A stretch of DNA of 64,000 bases, taken from NCBI GenBank assembly GCA_963771465.1, contig CAVYTU010000017.1, positions 608,001 through 672,000 on the forward strand, given 5' to 3'. This document shows, piece after piece, positions 20,215-30,363 of this stretch; the stretch's first letter is position 1, and each line of letters starts with the position of its first letter. The notes under the pieces are model-generated. The model made no database searches. It worked only from the letters and a program-made list of their open reading frames with translations, and had not been told where the DNA came from. Made by a program: the position numbers and the translations under genes. The DNA comes from an uncultured delta proteobacterium (GTDB taxonomy: Bacteria > Desulfobacterota > Binatia > UBA9968).

Positions 20215-21291
20215 ATGGCTGAATCATTGCGCTACTACATCGCTCACAATGGTGGTTTGAAAGTCATGGAAAGCCGTTCCGGTTCGATGCACGGCGTCGC
20301 CGAGCACTTTCCCGGCGTGACGCTGGAGCATTTGATCGGCTGTAAGAAAAAGCCGGAGATCATTTTTGCTGCGGTTGCTTTTGACGGCGGTTATCGTTCC
20401 GACGACGCCGGTAAGAGCTGGACCAAGATCATGGACGGCGACGTGCGGACGCTTAGCGTCGATCCGCACGACGAGCGGGTCGTCTACATGGGCATCGGGC
20501 CGATCCGTTTGTTTCGCAGCGAAGATGGCGGCAAGAAGTTCGAACCCCTCGACGGTATGCTCGACTTCGGCAATGACGTGAAGCAGAAGTGGGATGTGCC
20601 GCCGCGGCTGCGCGGCGTCGAGTCGCCGCACGTGCGCCATATTTTCATCCATCCCGACGATCAGAATCTGCTTTACGTCTTGCTCGAGCACGGCGGTGTG
20701 TTGCTCAGCCGCGATCGCGGTAAAACCTGGTACGATCGCAGCGTCGGCATCGACTACGTCGACATGCACTACATCGAAAACTTTCCCGGCAGCAAAGAGC
20801 GTTATTACGTTTCCTCGGCGCGGGGTTTTTTCCGGAGCGACAACGGCGGCGAACACTGGCGCCGTGTCGAGACCGGTATGCCGTGGGCTTACACTGAGCT
20901 GCATAGCTATTCCCATGAATGGCATTTCTTGCCCGGCGACACGCCGCGCGTGGTGCTGTGCGGCGGCAAAGGTTCGCCGGGCGTGTGGTCGCGCGAACGG
21001 ACCACGCCTTTGGGACATATTCTGCTCAGCGACGACGGCGGCGAGCGCTGGCGTATTTCCACGCGCGGCTTGGAAAAAGAAAATCCCTGGATGCCTTGGG
21101 TGCTGGTGCATCATCCGACCGATCAGAACGCGCTCTTCTGCGGCATGGGCGACGGCGCGCGCGGTTACGGCTTCGATGCGCGCATTACCGGCAAAGGCGG
21201 ATTGTTCGTAACGCGCGACCGCGGCGATTCTTGGGAACCGGTGTTGCAAGACACGCCGTCGGTGTTAACCGCTTGGGTGGCACCGAATTAG
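20215..21291 (+). CDS. BNR/Asp-box beta-propeller protein (Ycf48/VPS10-like), no signal peptide
   Basis: Six S/TxDxGxxW-type boxes (SDDAGKSW, SEDGGKKF, SRDRGKTW, SDNGGEHW, SDDGGERW, TRDRGDSW); RBS GGAGG. Confidence 0.85.
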   Translation: MAESLRYYIAHNGGLKVMESRSGSMHGVAEHFPGVTLEHLIGCKKKPEIIFAAVAFDGGYRSDDAGKSWTKIMDGDVRTLSVDPHDERVVYMGIGPIRLFRSEDGGKKFEPLDGMLDFGNDVKQKWDVPPRLRGVESPHVRHIFIHPDDQNLLYVLLEHGGVLLSRDRGKTWYDRSVGIDYVDMHYIENFPGSKERYYVSSARGFFRSDNGGEHWRRVETGMPWAYTELHSYSHEWHFLPGDTPRVVLCGGKGSPGVWSRERTTPLGHILLSDDGGERWRISTRGLEKENPWMPWVLVHHPTDQNALFCGMGDGARGYGFDARITGKGGLFVTRDRGDSWEPVLQDTPSVLTAWVAPN

Positions 21292-21419
21292 GAAATGAAT
21301 CACATAGAAAAACTTGGAATCGGATGCCGCGAAGAGCGCAAAAGATACAGGGGCGACCGGCCAGTCTCCTTTGGACGACACTGCTAATTAAAGCTGTGAA
21401 GCAGCGAACAGACGAGTGT

Positions 21420-21439
21420 GTAGGGTGCGTTTGCGCACC
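21420..21439 (+). repeat. GTAG-type REP palindrome
   Basis: GTAG-GGTGCG-TTTG-CGCACC between convergent genes. Confidence 0.6.
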
Positions 21440-21448
21440 GTCAGATGC

Positions 21449-22570
21449 TTAATATCCGAATCCGTACAGCCGCGCGCAGTTGTCCCATAGGTATTTCCGC
21501 TTGCTCTGGTCAGTGAAGGGCATTTTTAGAAAGCTCTCTACGGCGTGTGGGTATTTCACGTCTAGATGCGGGTAGTCGGTGGAGAAGACGATGTTGTCTT
21601 CGAGGCCGAATTCGGGGATGAATTTCGCGACGTGCTCGTCGCACTCCACGGCACCCCAACATTGGCGCTGGAAGTATTCGAGCGGCGCTAGTTTCATTTC
21701 CGGATGTTCAGCGGCGCCGGTGAGCTCGGCGTACTCGCCCATTCTCCACAACAGCCAGGGCAGCCAGGCGCAATTGCCTTCCAAGAATGCCACTTTCAAT
21801 TTCGAAAAGCGTTCCATGACGCCGCCGTAAATCATATCGGCGCAGGCGAACATGTTCGCCATCGGAAATGACAAAGTGTTGAACATGGTGAAGCTCGGGA
21901 TGAATTCCGACAGCGCCGGTTGCGGTAAAAAAACCCGGCCGGCTTCGTGAAAGCCGATGGGAATATTTAGCTGCTGGCATTCTTCCCACAGCGGATCGTA
22001 GTAGGGATCGCTCCACATTTTACCGTTGACGTGATTGGGCCGCATGAGGATGCTCTTGAAGCCGAGCTCTTTCACGATGCGGCGAGTTTCCTCGACTGCC
22101 GACGATACATCGTGGGGCGCGACGATGGCGGCGCCGAACATGCGCTCGGGCCCAACCTTGCAGAAGTCGTACATCCAGTCGTTGTAAGCTTTGGCGATGG
22201 CGGCGGCGAGCTCGGGGTCGAGGCCGTCGACGGCGAGCACGAACAAGCCGCGGCTCGGATAGAGAATCGCCACATCCAAACCTTCTTTGTCCATGGCGCC
22301 GAGCTGCGCGACGTTGTCGAAGTCGCGCGCTTCTTCTTCGGGATAACGTTCAGCAAGAATCTTCTCGCGAATCGGCCGCAGCGCGGGAATCGGTTTCGGC
22401 GTCGGCCGTGGCATGACCTTGCCGTCGACTTGGACGCCGAGATCGCGCTTGTGGCGATTCAAACCGATGGGCGCGCGATCGAGAAACGTCTTGTCGATAT
22501 ATTTCTGCCACAGATCGCAGGGCTCCATCACGTGCATGTCGGAATCCATCGCTTTGAAACCGTTTTTCAT
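21449..22570 (-). CDS. Amidohydrolase_2 family protein
   Basis: DSDMHVMEP, MDKEGLDVAILYPS, GFHE, AFLEG, FSTDYPH. Confidence 0.93.
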   Translation of the reverse strand: MKNGFKAMDSDMHVMEPCDLWQKYIDKTFLDRAPIGLNRHKRDLGVQVDGKVMPRPTPKPIPALRPIREKILAERYPEEEARDFDNVAQLGAMDKEGLDVAILYPSRGLFVLAVDGLDPELAAAIAKAYNDWMYDFCKVGPERMFGAAIVAPHDVSSAVEETRRIVKELGFKSILMRPNHVNGKMWSDPYYDPLWEECQQLNIPIGFHEAGRVFLPQPALSEFIPSFTMFNTLSFPMANMFACADMIYGGVMERFSKLKVAFLEGNCAWLPWLLWRMGEYAELTGAAEHPEMKLAPLEYFQRQCWGAVECDEHVAKFIPEFGLEDNIVFSTDYPHLDVKYPHAVESFLKMPFTDQSKRKYLWDNCARLYGFGY

Positions 22571-22730
22571 GATTTGCTCCTCGATCTGATTCTTGCGCAG
22601 TTCATCGAATAACAAAAGGGGCACGCGGGTGTCAATTTACGCTGAAAAACATCGGCTAAAAACAGCTTGACAGGCCAACCGGTTTCGCGGTACTCCGGCC
22701 CATCAGTTCATAACCTGGGAGGTGGCTACG

Positions 22731-23717
22731 ATGATTCGAATAGAGAAATCGGTTGTCAATCTTCTAATCCTGACGGCGTTCTGTTTCGCTCTGGCCGGCG
22801 ACGCTGGAGCGCAGGCGCGAACCAAAATTAGATACGCATTGGGCGACGTTATTTCCATCGATGAATTGCCGTTGTTGATCGCCGTGGAACGGGCCAAGGC
22901 GCGCGGTGTGGATGTCGAGATCACGGCATTCAAAAGCGAAGAGCTGGCGACCCAGGCTGTGATCAACGGCCAGGCTGACGTGGGGCAGGGGACGCCTTAC
23001 GCCGCGCTGCAGAAAGTCCCAGTGCCGATCCGCTTTTTCGTGCAGTTGAGCGCCCTGCAATTTTTCCCGGTGGTGAACAAGGAAAGTTACAAGAGCTGGA
23101 AGGATCTTGATAACCAAGAGATCGCGGTGCAAGGGCGCGGTTCAGGCACCGAAGCGATCATGATTCTAGCCGCAAAGCAGCACGGCATTAAATACAAGAA
23201 CGTAAGTTACGTGCCGGGATCACAAGTACGCGCGCTGGCGCTGTTGAAGGGAAACATCAAGGCGACGATTCTCGACGCGCCGAACAAGAACTTGGTGATG
23301 AAAGATGCGCCGGATAAATTTGTCATTTTGCCATTGGGCAACGTGAAGGCGAGCGACGAAGCGCTGTTCGCTACCCGCGAGTTCATCGACAAGAACCAGG
23401 CGGGTATCAGGACTTTCATTGAAGAACTGGTGAAGGTGAATCGCGCTATCAATGCCAATCCTAAATCGGTTCTGGACGAACGAAAAAAGCTCGGCTTGCT
23501 CAGTGATCTTCCGGCCAAGATGGAAGGCGAGATTCTGCCGTTCTTCGAAGAGGCCGTGCAAAACGGCGTGTTTCCCAGCGACGGCGGCATCGCGAATGCG
23601 GCGCAGAACGATCTGGACTTCTATAGCCTGTCTGGCGCACTGAAGGGCGAGAATCTCAAGGTCGAGGATTTCTGGCATTTTGCTCCGCTCAAGGCGGCGC
23701 TGGCGAACGTGAAGTGA
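22731..23717 (+). CDS. NitT/TauT ABC transporter substrate-binding protein (NMT1-like)
   Basis: Signal peptide, KSWKDL...IAV.GRGSGT, RALALL.G; first gene of the importer operon; TTGACA upstream. Confidence 0.85.
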   Translation: MIRIEKSVVNLLILTAFCFALAGDAGAQARTKIRYALGDVISIDELPLLIAVERAKARGVDVEITAFKSEELATQAVINGQADVGQGTPYAALQKVPVPIRFFVQLSALQFFPVVNKESYKSWKDLDNQEIAVQGRGSGTEAIMILAAKQHGIKYKNVSYVPGSQVRALALLKGNIKATILDAPNKNLVMKDAPDKFVILPLGNVKASDEALFATREFIDKNQAGIRTFIEELVKVNRAINANPKSVLDERKKLGLLSDLPAKMEGEILPFFEEAVQNGVFPSDGGIANAAQNDLDFYSLSGALKGENLKVEDFWHFAPLKAALANVK

Positions 23718-23726
23718 CAATAAACT

Positions 23727-23820
23727 ATGGAGTGAAGTATCGGAGTAATGGAGTGTTGGAGTGATGGGTTTTAAAGGCAGCACTCCAACACTCCACCATT
23801 CCATTGCTCCAATCTCTCCC
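23727..23820. repeat. Palindromic element of 8-nt GGAGTRWT/ACTCCA units overlapping the permease start
   Basis: GGAGTAAT-GGAGTGTT-GGAGTGAT-GGG ... CACTCCAA-CACTCCAC-CATTCCAT-TGCTCCAA; same family as 44871-44955. Confidence 0.85.
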
Positions 23821-24570
23821 GTCATCTGGCAACTGATTTCTTTCGCGCTGTTTTTCGGCCTGTGGGAGTTGGCCGGACGCTGGCCGATCAGTTTTTCGTT
23901 TCCACCGTTCAGTAAAACGCTGCTGGCGCTGCTGTCCATGATCGCCGATGGCAGTCTGGCCAAAGCCTATTGGTCCACGCTTCAACCGCTCGTCATCGGC
24001 ATCGTTCTCGCCGGCATGCTCGGCATCGGTTTCGGTATCGCCATGGGACTATCCCGCTCGATCGAATGGTTCAGCTTGCCGATTTTTATCGTTTTGCAGG
24101 CGGCGCCCATGGCAGCCATCATCCCGTTGCTCACCTACATGTACGGCATCGGCGTCCTTTCCAAGGTGTTGGCTGTGGTGGTGTTGGCGGCGCCCGTGAT
24201 CGTGATGAATTCCTATAAGGGCATCCGCAATACCAACCCTTCGCTCATGCAAATGTGCCGCGCCTTTCTTGGCACAAAACGGCAGGAAATTTTGAAGATC
24301 GTTCTGCCCCATGCGGCGGCATTGATCTTCGCCGGATTGCGCCTGGGAGTGGCGATGGGATTTATCGGCATCGTGATCGCCGAACTGCTGATCACGCCGA
24401 CCGGTATCGGCGATCTGATTACCTATAACAGTTCGGTGGCCGATTACCCGCAGATGTTCGCAGCGATTGTTTCTATAATCATCATTGCCGCTTTGACGAT
24501 CCACGGCCTCGAACGCCTCGAGCGCAAACTCTTCCCGCCGGAAATGCGAGGTTTTGAGAATGCCGGCTGA
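23764..24570 (+). CDS. NitT/TauT ABC permease
   Basis: LWE...PP, multiple TM helices, EAA-like M.RAFLG, IFAGLRLG, AELL....GIG. Confidence 0.92.
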   Translation: MGFKGSTPTLHHSIAPISPVIWQLISFALFFGLWELAGRWPISFSFPPFSKTLLALLSMIADGSLAKAYWSTLQPLVIGIVLAGMLGIGFGIAMGLSRSIEWFSLPIFIVLQAAPMAAIIPLLTYMYGIGVLSKVLAVVVLAAPVIVMNSYKGIRNTNPSLMQMCRAFLGTKRQEILKIVLPHAAALIFAGLRLGVAMGFIGIVIAELLITPTGIGDLITYNSSVADYPQMFAAIVSIIIIAALTIHGLERLERKLFPPEMRGFENAG

Positions 24571-25324
24571 CGCCATCATCGAGGTCAAACAGATCGCCAA
24601 GGTTTACGACAGTGGCGTCGAAGCGCTCGCGGGCGTCGATCTCGCGCTGCCTCGGGGCAAGCTGAGCACGCTCCTAGGTCCCAGCGGGTGCGGCAAAACC
24701 ACGCTGCTTAAAATTATTGCCGGACTCATTCCACCCAGCGACGGCGAGGTTTGGGTCAAAGGTAAAAAAATCCATGGACCTGGGCCCGAGCGCGCCTTCG
24801 TCTTCCAAGATTTTGCGTTGTTGCCGTGGGCCAATGTATTGCGCAACGTCGCGTTCGGTCTGGAGCTGCGTGGTTTAGACAAGCACGAGCGCGAGCAAAT
24901 CGCGCGCAAACATATCGCCGAAGTCGGCCTAAGCACTTTCGAGGCGAGTTATCCGCACCAGCTTTCGGGCGGCATGCGCCAGCGCGTCGGACTTGCGCGC
25001 GCGCTTAGCGTCGATGCCGATATTATTTTGATGGACGAGCCATTTTCCTCCGTCGATGAGCAGACGCGGCGGAAGTTTCAGGAAGAGCTATTGGAACTGC
25101 TCCGGCATAAGAGCAAGACCGTGATCTTCGTCACCCATAGTATCGAAGAAGCGGTTTACCTGTCCGATCAAATCATCCTCTTGTCGCCCCGGCCCGGAAC
25201 AATATCGCGGATCATCCAACCAAAGATCGATCGCGACGGAAAAAATCCCGACGAGATCCGCCGGGATAAAAATTATTTAGATACGGTGGACGAGATATGG
25301 CAGATCTTGAAGCGCTATGTTTAG
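24560..25324 (+). CDS. NitT/TauT ABC ATP-binding protein
   Basis: GPSGCGKT, VFQDFALLPW, LSGGMRQR, LMDEPF, FVTH. Confidence 0.95.
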   Translation: MPADAIIEVKQIAKVYDSGVEALAGVDLALPRGKLSTLLGPSGCGKTTLLKIIAGLIPPSDGEVWVKGKKIHGPGPERAFVFQDFALLPWANVLRNVAFGLELRGLDKHEREQIARKHIAEVGLSTFEASYPHQLSGGMRQRVGLARALSVDADIILMDEPFSSVDEQTRRKFQEELLELLRHKSKTVIFVTHSIEEAVYLSDQIILLSPRPGTISRIIQPKIDRDGKNPDEIRRDKNYLDTVDEIWQILKRYV

Positions 25325-25449
25325 CGGGCGCCAACTTGCGGCGCCATACATCGTTCTCGGTCGTCGCCGGTCCTCAACGTACGCAACAATGTACGTTTCC
25401 GGGCGGCTCCTCCCTCGGGCCTCGTCTGGCTTGCAATTTGGCCCCCGCT
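25323..25449. repeat. MITE-like imperfect palindrome inside the ABC operon
   Basis: Outer AGCGGGCGCCAACTTGC / GCAATTTGGCCCCCGCT arms with inner AACGTAC..GTACGTT. Confidence 0.55.
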
Positions 25450-25480
25450 TGGCGATACATTTCGAGCGTCGTGACCTGAT

Positions 25481-26233
25481 ATGACTCTGTTCGGCAAACG
25501 AATCCCGATCCTTTTCTCCCTGCTGGTGTGGTTTGTTATCTGGGAGATCATCGGCCGCGCCAAGTGGTCGACCATCGTGCCGCCTTTGTCGGGCGTGATT
25601 GTCGCCGGAATGACGATCATCCCGACGGCGAAATTCAGCGCGGCGGTGGCGATCTCGCTGCGCTCGTTCGCGCTCGGTATGACGCTGGCGCTGCTCGTTG
25701 GCATTCCTATCGGCGTGCTCATGGCCAGAGTAGCGAGCCTGGGCAATGTCCTCGGCCTGTGGGTCAATATTTTCGTCAGCGCACCGATCTCCGCGCTGGT
25801 GCCGGTGCTGATGGCGTTGATCGGCATCGGTGAAACCACGGTGGTCGTCACGGTGTTTCTTTTCGCGGTTTTCGTGATCATTCTCGACACTCAGGTAGGA
25901 ATCAAACAGGCCGATAGATCACTGGTCGAAATGGCGCGCTGTTTCGGTGCGACGCGGCGGCAACTCTACACCAAGGTGCTCTTCTTGAGCGCCTTGCCGG
26001 AAATTTTGGCTGGCATAAGACTGGGCGTAATCCGCGGCGTCAAAGGTGTGGTAATCGGCCAGCTCCTAATCGCCATTATCGGTGTCGGCGAATTGTTCGA
26101 GCTCTACTCGCAACATTTTCTCATGGAGGAGTTCTGGGCGTTGGTGATCATCGTCTTCACCTTTGCTTTCGCAGTCTCCGAAGCGGTCGCATTTCTCGAG
26201 CGCCGCGTCGAATATTACGCCAGCTCGCGATAG
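25481..26233 (+). CDS. Second NitT/TauT ABC permease
   Basis: IWE...VPP, LVEMARCFGA, ALPEILAGIRLG. Confidence 0.92.
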   Translation: MTLFGKRIPILFSLLVWFVIWEIIGRAKWSTIVPPLSGVIVAGMTIIPTAKFSAAVAISLRSFALGMTLALLVGIPIGVLMARVASLGNVLGLWVNIFVSAPISALVPVLMALIGIGETTVVVTVFLFAVFVIILDTQVGIKQADRSLVEMARCFGATRRQLYTKVLFLSALPEILAGIRLGVIRGVKGVVIGQLLIAIIGVGELFELYSQHFLMEEFWALVIIVFTFAFAVSEAVAFLERRVEYYASSR

Positions 26234-26263
26234 ATGGCGCGGCAGAGCGGCAACGGAATCGTC

Positions 26264-26398
26264 TCCCGCAAAGGCGCAAAGACGCTAAGTTCGGAGAGAA
26301 TTGTCATTTCGACCGAAGGGAGAAATCTTTCCGGCGTCCGTTGCATTAGGGGATGACGAGCTTCGCCCGTCACTTTGCACGTTCGCGCCTTTGCGGGA
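26264..26398. repeat. Nested palindromic elements: 9-nt-unit family enclosing a GTCAT-type REP
   Basis: Outer TCCCGCAAAGGCGCAAAG / CTTTGCACGTTCGCGCCTTTGCGGGA; inner TGTCATTTCGACCGAAGGGAGAAATCT...GATGAC. Confidence 0.75.
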
Positions 26399-26414
26399 TA
26401 AATTCTTGTAGTCT

Positions 26415-27566
26415 TCAGTCTCCCCAAACATCGGCGGCGACTTGCTGAATGAGTTCCAACTTGCGCCATTGATCGTCTTCGCTGATCAGGTTGCCGACGA
26501 TGTTCGACGAGAATCCGCATTGCGGGCTGAGAGCGAGCTGATCCAGCGGAATGTAGCGGCTAGCTTCGTCAATTCTACGCTTGAGTTCGTTTTCCGATTC
26601 GAGTTCCGGCACTTTGCTGCTGACTAATCCAAGAACGACGACTTTACTCTTCGGCACGAATCTCAATGGCTCGAACGTGCCGGCGCGCGCGGTGTCGTAT
26701 TCCAAAAGAAAGCGATCGTGATGCAGGCTGTTGAACAGTTTCTCGGCAATGGCGTCGTAACCGCCTTCGCGGTGCCACATGCTGCGAACGTTGCCGCGGC
26801 AGAGATGGATGCCGAAAGTGACGCCGGTAATTCCGTCGATGACCGCGTTGTCCGCTTCGATTGAATTGGTCATTTGGCGCATTGGATCGATCCCTAGACC
26901 TCGCATACGCTCCAACGATTTTGCATCCACGTAAGCGGTGTAGCTCGGTGCATCGTGCTGGATGCAGGGACAACCCGTTTCGGCTAATTGCCGGACGATC
27001 TCGCGCTCGATGACGATCACGTCGGCGCGATACTCGTCGGCGTTGGCGTAGATTCCGGCAACGTTCTGCCGTTGGAAGTTTTCACAGATTCGATCGGTTG
27101 CGATGAGCGTCACCTTCATCGGTTTATTCGTCAGCGCCGAGGCGGAGCGCCATTCGTCTAGAGGGACATTCTGCGCGAGCCGTAACCGCTCTGCAATCGG
27201 CCGCCAATATTGCAACGCGGGATCGCTTTTTGCCGAATCCGGTTGCCAGCGCTGCTGTGCTTGTCCGCCAACGGTGCGGCTCTCTTGAAACTGCAAAGTT
27301 TGTTTCTTGGGAACAAAACCCGCGACTGATTCGACGAAGCTGTCCTGAAAGTTCAGACGGCGAAATTCGCCGTCGGTCAGAATCGATAAGCCGTGGGCTT
27401 CTTGTTTCGCGATGACCTCTTTAACCGACTCGTCTTGGATTCGTGCTAGCGCGTCATCGGTAACTTCGCCGTTGCCGTGCCGGCTGTAAACCTCTTTCAG
27501 CTTTGCCCGCCGCAGCAGGCTGCCGACTTGGTCCACGCGAAGAGTTTTGAGCGACGTCTGATTCAT
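26415..27566 (-). CDS. Cobalamin-independent methionine synthase II-like (single-barrel MetE family) Zn enzyme
   Basis: VGSLLR, TDGEFRR, HLCRGN, LLEYD, VLGLVSSK, LSPQCGF; ATGA overlap with upstream SBP. Confidence 0.92.
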   Translation of the reverse strand: MNQTSLKTLRVDQVGSLLRRAKLKEVYSRHGNGEVTDDALARIQDESVKEVIAKQEAHGLSILTDGEFRRLNFQDSFVESVAGFVPKKQTLQFQESRTVGGQAQQRWQPDSAKSDPALQYWRPIAERLRLAQNVPLDEWRSASALTNKPMKVTLIATDRICENFQRQNVAGIYANADEYRADVIVIEREIVRQLAETGCPCIQHDAPSYTAYVDAKSLERMRGLGIDPMRQMTNSIEADNAVIDGITGVTFGIHLCRGNVRSMWHREGGYDAIAEKLFNSLHHDRFLLEYDTARAGTFEPLRFVPKSKVVVLGLVSSKVPELESENELKRRIDEASRYIPLDQLALSPQCGFSSNIVGNLISEDDQWRKLELIQQVAADVWGD

Positions 27567-28558
27567 CGCCACAATTCGGCCAACCAGCCACTCCGTTTGA
27601 GATCGTCGACATAGCTATTGTCGTAGTACGCGCTCATCGGCGTATTGCTGGCAAGCTTCGCCTCGACAAGGTTGAACTGTGCCGACTGCTGAACGATCGG
27701 TTGGATCGAGCTTGGCGTCACCGTCGGGTCTTTGATGAAGATGTCGACGGCGAACTTGTATGTCTGGTCGAGAATCTCCGGGTCGGTCTGGCGTGTGTAT
27801 TTGGCCAACACCGCTTTGGTCTGTTTCTCGTTGAGGTAGATATGTTTGATTCCTTCCATCGTGGCTTTAATCAGGCCGATTGTTGCCTCGCGGTTCTTGG
27901 CGGCGATGGATTTGCGCGCGACCAAGCCTTGAATCAAGAACTCGACGCCAGCTTTCTTAAATTCTTTCGGTCCGACCAATTCTCGATATCCGTCTTTCAT
28001 CAAGCGAAAAGTGAACGGCGCTGAGGTGATTATGCCGTCGACCGATCCTTGGGATAAACTGGTGATCGCTTGCGTGGTCGTGCCGGTTTGCACGATGTTG
28101 ATGCCCTGAATGTTGTGCATTTTAACGATCGCCTGCAAGGTAAAATGGGGTATGGCACCCAAACGGCTGATGCCGATTCGCTTGCCAGATAGATCAGCCA
28201 GCGTTTTGATATCCGGTTTCACTATTAGTGACTGAATCGCATAAGGAACCGTGGTCGCGACCTGAACAATGTCGCCGCCTTGCAGGACATTGGTGACGAG
28301 CGGCGGCCCACCGCCGGCACCGACGAAGGCCTGGCCGCCGAGCATCGCCTGAATGATCACTGGCGATGCACCGACGTAGATCATGTCCACATCCAAGCCA
28401 TATTTTTCGTAGAAGCGAGCTTCTTTGGCGATCCACCACGGCAAGCTGGCGGCGCTGATCGGCGTGAAGGGGAAGGAGAGTTTGGTCGCTGCCGATGTTC
28501 GCGAACAGACGCTGATGACGAGCAGCAAAGAGACGAGCGGAATTGCTATTCGTTTCAT
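27563..28558 (-). CDS. NMT1/TauA-like substrate-binding protein
   Basis: PWWIAKEARFYEKYGLDV, DLSGKRIGISRLG, YDNSYVDDL. Confidence 0.88.
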   Translation of the reverse strand: MKRIAIPLVSLLLVISVCSRTSAATKLSFPFTPISAASLPWWIAKEARFYEKYGLDVDMIYVGASPVIIQAMLGGQAFVGAGGGPPLVTNVLQGGDIVQVATTVPYAIQSLIVKPDIKTLADLSGKRIGISRLGAIPHFTLQAIVKMHNIQGINIVQTGTTTQAITSLSQGSVDGIITSAPFTFRLMKDGYRELVGPKEFKKAGVEFLIQGLVARKSIAAKNREATIGLIKATMEGIKHIYLNEKQTKAVLAKYTRQTDPEILDQTYKFAVDIFIKDPTVTPSSIQPIVQQSAQFNLVEAKLASNTPMSAYYDNSYVDDLKRSGWLAELWR

Positions 28559-30181
28559 GCGGCACCACGTACTTTATCGATTATTTCACTGACATTGTTG
28601 GGAAGGGTATCGCCGCGCCAGGCCACCTGGCCGTCAGGGCGAACTAAGACCAAATTGCGCTCGTAGGTCTCCCGTACTTTCGGTTCGTCGAGGTTGATGA
28701 CTTCCAGCGGCAGCCCGACTGGTTTCGCGGCTTGCGTGAAGCTATTCGTATTCACGCCGGAAAAATTCAGCAATACAAATCCTTTGCCAAAAAGATCCAG
28801 CGTGCGAGCGGCCATCTTTCAGCCAAACATGTGGCGCGCGCACACCTGGCCAGGTCGACGGCACATAGAGGCCATGATCGAGCTCGGGCGCCGGTGTGCC
28901 GTCGGCGACGCAGATCGGCGAGTTCTCATAACGGTAGCCAAGTTCGATTCCCGCGGAGTCGTGTTTGAATTCTTTTGCCCGTGTGCGCATGGTGACGGCG
29001 CGCGCCTTTTCGCGCAGCTGCCGGCCTGCATCGCTATCTTCGCTAATCTGCGGCGAGAAAGGCGCTTGGGTGTCGAAGCTGGCGCGCATTTCCGCCGCCT
29101 CGTTGACGTTGATCATCGCGATCGGTTTTCGTTCCGCCGTGTAGCTATCGAGCAATTTCGTACCGCCCCAACCTTGCAGCACCGCAGCCAACTTCCAGCC
29201 GATATCGACGGCGTCGCCGATGCCGGTGTTCATGCCGAAGCCGCCGGCGGGCCAATTCAAATGGGCCGCATCGCCGGCGAGAAAAACGCGTCGGTCTTGA
29301 TATCGGTCGGCGACGACGCAGTGACCGGTCCATGGGCGCACGGCGATCAGTTCGAATGGAATGTTGTCGCCGAGGGCGAAGCGAAGTTTTTCCGGCGCGT
29401 TGAGTGTGTCGATCTGTTCTTGTTTGACGTTGCGGATGTTCAAACGCCACAACTCGTTGCCGTCCACGGCAGCGATGGCGCCGTTGATCTGCGCGTTGAT
29501 GATCTGATACTGCACCGCCGGGCCGTGAGCAATCATTTTCAGTAACGGCGAGCGAAACAACACCGCGACGTTCATCCCTTGGGAAAAGACGCCCTCGTAC
29601 TTGATCTCGAGAGCGCGCCGGATATTGCTGCGACCGCCGTCGCAGCCGACTAGATAGTCAGCTTCGATGATTTCTTTCTGTCCGTTTTTTTTGTTGAGAA
29701 CTTCAGCGATGACTTGCGCACCGTCTTGGCGAAAAGATTCGAAAGACGTTTCGTAGCGCACTTCTACCTGAGGCAAGGTGGCGACATGTTTATGCAGCAC
29801 TGGATCGAAGTACGGTTTGGAAATCCACAACCGGCCTTCAGGACTGTGTGGCGAGCGGGCATCGGGCGCGCCGTTGGCCGGATGATCGAAACGGGCGATC
29901 TCATAGCCGTCCATGCGTGTGACGAAAAGATAATTGCGCGGATAGTCGGTCGGGTAACCGGATTCGAAGCGCATGCGGTCGGCGAAGCCCCAGCGGCGCA
30001 GATGCTCGACCGTGCGCGTGTTGGCGAGATTGGTGGTCGGAAAATCGACGCTGCCGTCAGTTTGCTCGACGACAAGACAGCGGATGTTGCGGTAAGCGAG
30101 CTCGATGGCGAGCGCGAGCCCGACCGGGCCGGCGCCGGCGATGAGAACGGGAATGCGAGTTGAAAGGGAATTTTCGCTCAT
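28555..30181 (-). pseudogene. FAD-dependent aromatic monooxygenase (PheA/TfdB family) with +1 frameshift near 28804 (possible sequencing error)
   Basis: GAGPVGL, YLVGCDG, LAGDAAH..P.GG.GMNTGIGDA; WLKDGRS continues as TLDLFGKGF...LVRPDGQVAWRG in another frame after one extra C. Confidence 0.88.
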
Positions 30182-30234
30182 AGGTCAATCGTTATGCTTC
30201 TTGTGGGAATCCGTGCGCTATCAGCTTGGCTTGT

Positions 30235-30316
30235 TCACCACGAAGGTCACGAAGGACACGAAGGCTTTGGACGACCAAGACTCCGAACTTCGTGCTCTTC
30301 GTGTCCTTCGTGGTGA
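30235..30316. repeat. Palindromic element of 9-nt CACGAAGGN units
   Basis: TCAC-CACGAAGGT-CACGAAGGA-CACGAAGG ... CTTCGTGCT-CTTCGTGTC-CTTCGTGGTGA. Confidence 0.9.
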
Positions 30317-30363
30317 GAACTTTTTTACGCTAATCTTCGCAGTGTCACGGAATTCGTTGGTGG

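Noticed and set aside
19076-21249. Long antisense ORFs of 341 aa and similar ones throughout the track
   Set aside because: Expected shadows of GC-rich coding strands; no recognisable motifs
28795-28815. Programmed ribosomal frameshifting at the split genes
   Set aside because: No slippery sequence or stimulator; these families are not known to use recoding
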